Made by a program: the position numbers and the translations under genes | In this document: positions 58,813 to 64,000 of the stretch, in pieces | Layout of the letters: each line of letters opens with the position of its first letter | Position numbering within the stretch: position 1 is the first letter of the stretch | Source of the DNA: a virus | IMG/VR virus record: IMGVR_UViG_3300025098_000019 | Coordinates: 46,011 to 110,010 of that record | DNA: 64,000 nt | Strand: one strand, 5' to 3' | Notes under the pieces: model-generated | What the model was told of the DNA's origin: nothing | What the model saw: the letters and a program-made list of their open reading frames with translations, nothing else | Database searches by the model: none

Positions 58813-61632
58813 ATGGGCGTACATTACGGACCAAGACCCACAGGCAATTTGCCACCGATAACAGTGCCGCCGACGGCAGATCCAGCTTCAGGTAATACAA
58901 AACCAGTAAACCCGTCTAGTTGGACAAGAGAAAGCGACTGGCTAGCAATGCCAAACGTAGTTGAAACTGACCAAGTATTTTATGGGTTAGTTGCAATTCA
59001 CGATGTGCCGCACAACTTTTTGACATTTAGAGCGCAAGGTGCTTATACAATTGACTGGGGTGACGGAACACCTACTGAAAATTATACAAGTAATTCAACA
59101 GCACGACATGATTATGATTGGGACAATGTTTCATCTGCTACATTAACTAGTAGAGGATATAGACAGTGTATGGTCACTGTAACACCGCAAGGTGGAAACA
59201 ACCTTACAGCTATTAACCTAAATGATAAACATAACCAAGCAGGTTTAACAAACTATACATCAACCGGTTGGTTAGATATTAAATTTGCTATGAACAATGT
59301 AGGTACGTTTTACTTGTATAACTCAGCATGGCGTCATTCTGTATTAGAAAGACTTCACTGGGTTGCATCGTCATCTAGTCAAACAAGTGGTAACCAATTA
59401 TTTAGACACTGTTGGGCTATGCGCTCAATACCAAACTTACCATTTGCTTCATTAACAGATTGCTTTTTTATGTTTGGACATTGTGATAATTTAGGTGACG
59501 ACGGATATCCAACATTACCTAGTACAGCAACATCAAACAATTTCCACTATATGTTCTATTTGAACAGACAGTTGCAAACTGCTCCTGTATTAGATACTGG
59601 TAATGCTACAAATATGAGTTATATGTTTCGACTTTGTTGTCGAGTAAAGTATATACCTTCGCTTAATTTCCAAAATAATTTATATTCACAATACCAATTC
59701 CAAAACTGTTTTAACTTAGAATTATTTAGTGATACGTCATGGGACTTTGACAAAGTTACACGTTGCGAATATATGTTCTCAGGGTGTTATGCTATGAGAT
59801 ACTTACCAGCAATGGATACTAGTTCTGTAACACGTATGGACGGTATGTTCTTGTCACTAAGGTCGTTGACAGAAATGCCAGAAGTTGATCTAAGTGCATG
59901 TACTAATGCTTATCGATTAATGGAATCATGTACTAAAGTTAAGTATACACGATTTGTTGGTTCAAACTCGAATATTACACGAATGGATAGAATGTTCCTT
60001 GCATGTTATAGACTGGAATATTTACCATCTCTTGATACTTCGAGGATTGAAAGAGCTGATAACATGTTTAACGGTTGTATTAACCTTAAACGTTTAACTC
60101 AAGATACGTTTGATCTAAGTGCATGTACACGTATTAATGGTATGTTTGCAGGTATGAATCAGTTGAGAGTTGCGCCTGTATTACTTAATTCTAGTTTAGT
60201 TGTTGACCTTGATAACTTGTTTACAAGTTGTTATTACTTAACAGAAATTGGTTATATTGATACACAAAGTGTTACTGACTTTTATCGTATGTTTATTAAC
60301 TGTTACTCACTAACAGGCCTTGATTGGGAATTAGACTGTAGAAGTGCTACGCGACTACGTGGTATTTTCCACAGTTGTATTTCATTGCGTAAATCACCAG
60401 CATTACGTAACATTAACTTAGTTAATGAAGCTACAGAATTCCGTGATTTATACTATAATTGTAATTCGCTGCAAGAATTTACAAACATAGAATTAGATAC
60501 GTCGAATGCTACTACTTTTTATTATATGTTCTATAACTGTTTGAGTTTAGCAACAATTCCGTTTAACATTGATACAAGTAAGTGTATTGACATGCGTGGA
60601 ATGTTTAGATACTGTCGTGTGTTAGAATCGTTTAATCAAACTAATGATTCATTTGATACTACATGGCTTCGTAACTATGATGCAATGTTTTGGGATTGTC
60701 ATAATTTACAAGAAGTTCCGGATATTGAAATAAACAATATTAATACTGATATTGATGGAAATGCAGTTACTCAAAACTTAAACCTAGACTATATTTTCTA
60801 TGGTTGTTACAATCTTCGAGAAATTCCAACTAACTTCTTTAACAAAACTTATTTAGATGCAGGTGGCACTCCAAAGAGCTTTGACGGTTATAGATTGTTT
60901 AGTAACTGTTTTACAATTAATACATTACCCAATATGAGCTTTGGACAAATTAATAGATTTTATCAATTCTTAATTAGTTGTCGTAATATTGAATATCTAC
61001 CAACAATGGATACTTCAAATGGCGGCGACATGAGATACGCTTTTGCATACATGTATGCTCTTAGAGAAATGCCAGCTGGTGTTGATTTATCAAGTTGTAC
61101 TACTGCATATGCATTTGCTATTAACCCAAGAGCAATGACGTATCTTCCGGACTTAAATGGACCTGGTGCAAGTTGTACTGACTTCCGTTACATGTTCTAT
61201 GGCAGTGAGACTCTTACGAATGTAGATGCTACATTTGATACTAGCAGCGCAACAAATGTTGCACGTATGTGGGGTTATTGTAGAGCACTTAAAAAATTAC
61301 CAGGAACTTATGATTTTAATAATGTTACTACTGAGTCAACTAGTGCAGCAGCAGGTGTAAATCAATTTATTATAGACTGTAGTTCTCTACAAGAAATTAA
61401 TGTTATTAATTTACGTAGACAGATGGATTTCAAAAATGCAAGTTTTGATAGAGATCAAATTGTAAATATGTTTAATAACTTAGTTGACAATAGTAGCCCT
61501 GAGTTAAAGCCAGACGGTACAACACGGGCTACAGCATATACATTGTTTATAGGTGGTAACTTCGGATTGCAAACATTAACTCAAACTGATAGAGATATAG
61601 CTCTTAATAAAAATTGGATTCTAAACGGATAA
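58813..61632 (+). CDS. DUF285/BspA-like leucine-rich repeat protein with an N-terminal PKD-like domain
   Basis: YTIDWGDGT PKD motif; over 20 repeats of the form DTS.VT.M..MF..C..L..LP. Confidence 0.75.
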   Translation: MGVHYGPRPTGNLPPITVPPTADPASGNTKPVNPSSWTRESDWLAMPNVVETDQVFYGLVAIHDVPHNFLTFRAQGAYTIDWGDGTPTENYTSNSTARHDYDWDNVSSATLTSRGYRQCMVTVTPQGGNNLTAINLNDKHNQAGLTNYTSTGWLDIKFAMNNVGTFYLYNSAWRHSVLERLHWVASSSSQTSGNQLFRHCWAMRSIPNLPFASLTDCFFMFGHCDNLGDDGYPTLPSTATSNNFHYMFYLNRQLQTAPVLDTGNATNMSYMFRLCCRVKYIPSLNFQNNLYSQYQFQNCFNLELFSDTSWDFDKVTRCEYMFSGCYAMRYLPAMDTSSVTRMDGMFLSLRSLTEMPEVDLSACTNAYRLMESCTKVKYTRFVGSNSNITRMDRMFLACYRLEYLPSLDTSRIERADNMFNGCINLKRLTQDTFDLSACTRINGMFAGMNQLRVAPVLLNSSLVVDLDNLFTSCYYLTEIGYIDTQSVTDFYRMFINCYSLTGLDWELDCRSATRLRGIFHSCISLRKSPALRNINLVNEATEFRDLYYNCNSLQEFTNIELDTSNATTFYYMFYNCLSLATIPFNIDTSKCIDMRGMFRYCRVLESFNQTNDSFDTTWLRNYDAMFWDCHNLQEVPDIEINNINTDIDGNAVTQNLNLDYIFYGCYNLREIPTNFFNKTYLDAGGTPKSFDGYRLFSNCFTINTLPNMSFGQINRFYQFLISCRNIEYLPTMDTSNGGDMRYAFAYMYALREMPAGVDLSSCTTAYAFAINPRAMTYLPDLNGPGASCTDFRYMFYGSETLTNVDATFDTSSATNVARMWGYCRALKKLPGTYDFNNVTTESTSAAAGVNQFIIDCSSLQEINVINLRRQMDFKNASFDRDQIVNMFNNLVDNSSPELKPDGTTRATAYTLFIGGNFGLQTLTQTDRDIALNKNWILNG

Positions 61633-61641
61633 GGTAACATA

Positions 61642-62136
61642 ATGACAGAAATTACAGAAATAACGCAAGACAACACACAGTCGGGATTTTATTGCATGAT
61701 TGACGGAGCCTTAGGGTTTGCTCCAAATTTTGTTCAATGGCCCGATGGCACAACTATTCAGCGTTCAGAGAAAGACACTTATAGCTATCCTGTTAATGGA
61801 TATAGTTGGTTTGACTCACGAGCAGCAGCAAAAAGATTTTTTAATTATATTGAAGAGCCGCAAGGTGATGCTACATTAAGAGATACAGAAGACATGCAGT
61901 TTGGAACGTCTTCAAATTCATTTATTGTTGGACCTATTCCGCCCGACAACGATCCGGACGATGACGATCAAGGCATACTAGAAAAACCAGATCCTTATGT
62001 TGAAGACGGACCTTTGCCAAATCCTATTGGAATAGTATATGACATTGATATGCCTCCTGCACATGCAGAAGATGCTCACTTAGCTGATCCGTATGAATTT
62101 GATCCTACATTGGAAATGGATGTTCCGCATCAATAA
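61642..62136 (+). CDS. Hypothetical protein, acidic Pro-rich C-terminus
   Basis: Co-oriented after the LRR gene; KDTYSYPVNGYSWF motif. Confidence 0.55.
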   Translation: MTEITEITQDNTQSGFYCMIDGALGFAPNFVQWPDGTTIQRSEKDTYSYPVNGYSWFDSRAAAKRFFNYIEEPQGDATLRDTEDMQFGTSSNSFIVGPIPPDNDPDDDDQGILEKPDPYVEDGPLPNPIGIVYDIDMPPAHAEDAHLADPYEFDPTLEMDVPHQ

Positions 62137-62142
62137 TAAAAC

Positions 62143-62166
62143 AAAAGGACCGTAATGGTCCTTTTT
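62143..62166. terminator. Bidirectional terminator between convergent genes
   Basis: AAAAGGACC-GTAAT-GGTCCTTTT. Confidence 0.85.
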
Positions 62167-62596
62167 ATATTAAATCCATCACATCAAATATTGTTTCTAA
62201 TTTATTAACTATAATTTTTGTAGAAAAACTTCTGCGTAACCCTTGATGTAAAGGTTTAGGCGCATCTCTAATTTCACTCCATGCCCAGCCTTTATGCTCA
62301 TTGCTTAGAATAGGCAAGAACTCTTCATCTACTACACATAGATATGTATGAAAGTTAAATTTTTCATCGCTAGAAATAAATGTTTCTAATGGAATTGATT
62401 TGAGTATGTGAGGTAGGAACCCTATTTCTTCTTCAACTTCTCGTTGTAGACCTTGCCATGCACTTTCGTCTTTTAAATTAGTGCCGCCAACAAGTCCCCA
62501 AGTACCGCGATTTTTACCTTCGGCCTTTTGTAATAAAAATATTCTTTTGGTTTGCTTTGAATAAAAAAGCGCACCACTGCAAACTATCTCGGTCAT
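62165..62596 (-). CDS. NUDIX hydrolase
   Basis: Nudix box GGTNLKDESAWQGLQREVEEEIG; LSNEH..WAW, PLHQG. Confidence 0.9.
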   Translation of the reverse strand: MTEIVCSGALFYSKQTKRIFLLQKAEGKNRGTWGLVGGTNLKDESAWQGLQREVEEEIGFLPHILKSIPLETFISSDEKFNFHTYLCVVDEEFLPILSNEHKGWAWSEIRDAPKPLHQGLRRSFSTKIIVNKLETIFDVMDLI

Positions 62597-62604
62597 ACTA
62601 ATAG

Positions 62605-64000
62605 TTAGCCGTCGAGCTGCATTCCCCAGGTTCCTCCTGAGTATTCACCTTCGTATGAACGTATCCAAAACTCTCCAGTCCATTTATATTGATAAGTTGT
62701 ATTAAGATTAGTTACGTATGTAACTGTTGACGTTTCACTTGCATCAAATACAATTGACCAAGAACTGCCGTCCCATTCAACAATGTCGTTTTCGCCAGCA
62801 ATAAAGTCACTATTATTAGAATTTTTCCAAGCATCTGATCCGTCTGTGTTTTCTGCATTACCAATATCGCCTAGTAACATTAATCGTATACCGGGTGACT
62901 TTTCTTGTGTAGGATCAAATCTTAATGGATCAACAATGTAATCAATTGATGTTCTTGTTCCTGCAGGACCTGTAATAGCAGTATCGTCTCTAAACTCATC
63001 AAAGTCAATAACAATAGTTGTTACGTCTAGTGGGTTAATTGTAAATGTTCCTGCAATGTAAGTATCGCTATCGTCTGTTTTTAGATACAGTTTACTAACT
63101 CCTGCTTTATACGATCCAGGAACTGCTTCGACTAGTTCTTCCCAACTAACTTCGCCTACGTTATTTCGATTTATAAGTTGTGCTTCGTTACCAAGTACCA
63201 TTAATCCGTAATTTTGATAAGTGGAAGCAGATACTAAATGATCCCATCTAAATGTAGTATCGATATCCATTACTCCATCGCCGGCGTTTGGAAACTCTCC
63301 TTTATCTACTACAGTTTCAGATTCGCTACTAACGGCTTTAAATACAGGATCTGCGCCGTCTTGCGCACCAATGTTAAGATTAACACCTAGTTCGATAGAT
63401 CCTGAACTTTCGTTAAACATGTTACTAATAATATTTGTAACAACACCAAGTCGTTTAACCTTTGTGGGAGGCGATATGTATATCGGACTACTAAACTGTA
63501 ATTGTCCTACATCAATGTCGCTATCAACACCAACCGGAATACTTTTACTACTAAATGTAACTCCTTCTAAGTCAACTACACTTAGACTTGTCCAATCTAC
63601 ATAATTATCTGTTGTTTGTATTTCAAAACTAGGATTGAATAATACAAGTATTTGCTCCATTATTTGTAACTTTTGTTCAGTATTACTTGCCCATATATCA
63701 ACACTCATTTTTAATATATACGGACTTGGCATTGCACGTTCGACAGTATAGTTTTTGCCTTGTTTATTTAGATACTCGTTATTATTTTCATCATATGCAC
63801 GTTCTCTAATATGTACTTTACTAACTAAACTAGCATCTGCTGTCCTTGTGCGATCCATTTCTAAACCTGTGACATATACGCTCATTCTAGGAGCACTTGG
63901 TAATTTATTTTCAGAGTTGTCACGTATAATACCTGCAACCTGTCTAGTTAAATCACCATACATAACCGGAACCTGTGTTTCATTTCCGTTACCGTCTTGT
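62605..64000 (-). CDS. gp15: Tail completion/sheath terminator gp15-like (N-terminus beyond the window)
   Basis: Frame stays open past 63963 to the edge (QDGNGNETQVPVMYGD); PRMSVYVTGL, PSPY...VDIWA...QKLQIMEQIL.LFNP are gp15-like; carries a C-terminal extension. Confidence 0.75.
   Translation of the reverse strand, partial: QDGNGNETQVPVMYGDLTRQVAGIIRDNSENKLPSAPRMSVYVTGLEMDRTRTADASLVSKVHIRERAYDENNNEYLNKQGKNYTVERAMPSPYILKMSVDIWASNTEQKLQIMEQILVLFNPSFEIQTTDNYVDWTSLSVVDLEGVTFSSKSIPVGVDSDIDVGQLQFSSPIYISPPTKVKRLGVVTNIISNMFNESSGSIELGVNLNIGAQDGADPVFKAVSSESETVVDKGEFPNAGDGVMDIDTTFRWDHLVSASTYQNYGLMVLGNEAQLINRNNVGEVSWEELVEAVPGSYKAGVSKLYLKTDDSDTYIAGTFTINPLDVTTIVIDFDEFRDDTAITGPAGTRTSIDYIVDPLRFDPTQEKSPGIRLMLLGDIGNAENTDGSDAWKNSNNSDFIAGENDIVEWDGSSWSIVFDASETSTVTYVTNLNTTYQYKWTGEFWIRSYEGEYSGGTWGMQLDG

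Noticed and set aside
1-64000. tRNA, rRNA, integrase, transposase, or a recoded genetic code
   Set aside because: None recognised; long ORFs translate cleanly in the standard code and almost all end in TAA.

Overview
A 64-kb AT-rich segment of a large T4-like myovirus genome; the acidic proteome and gene content would fit an aquatic host, but that is inference. It holds, in order: a minus-strand baseplate cluster (gp6, gp25, gp5-like spike with lysozyme, hub protein with M15 peptidase, gp53, tube initiator); gp55 late sigma factor; gp47/gp46; an inserted hemE-hemC tetrapyrrole cassette; a small GIY-YIG nuclease followed by ~500 nt of structured non-coding DNA; two probable internal head proteins; gp26 with a start-less gp51-like ORF; a tape measure-like gene; the head module (gp20, gp21, gp22, gp23); about 33 kb of giant fibre and virion genes; a NUDIX hydrolase; and gp15. 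The best leads are: (1) a -1 programmed frameshift (T TTT TTC plus a stem/pseudoknot) that would fuse gp26 to the gp51-like ORF; (2) a 3563-aa fibre with ~11 tandem helical repeats, 7 of them with a phycobiliprotein-like C-x-R-D motif, in a genome that also encodes HemC and HemE; (3) a candidate large pseudoknotted ncRNA directly after the GIY-YIG gene; (4) an unannotated 20-aa YRG peptide gene with a structured leader; (5) leaderless late genes and structured late 5' UTRs. All calls come from reading motifs by eye; no database searches or folding programs were run.
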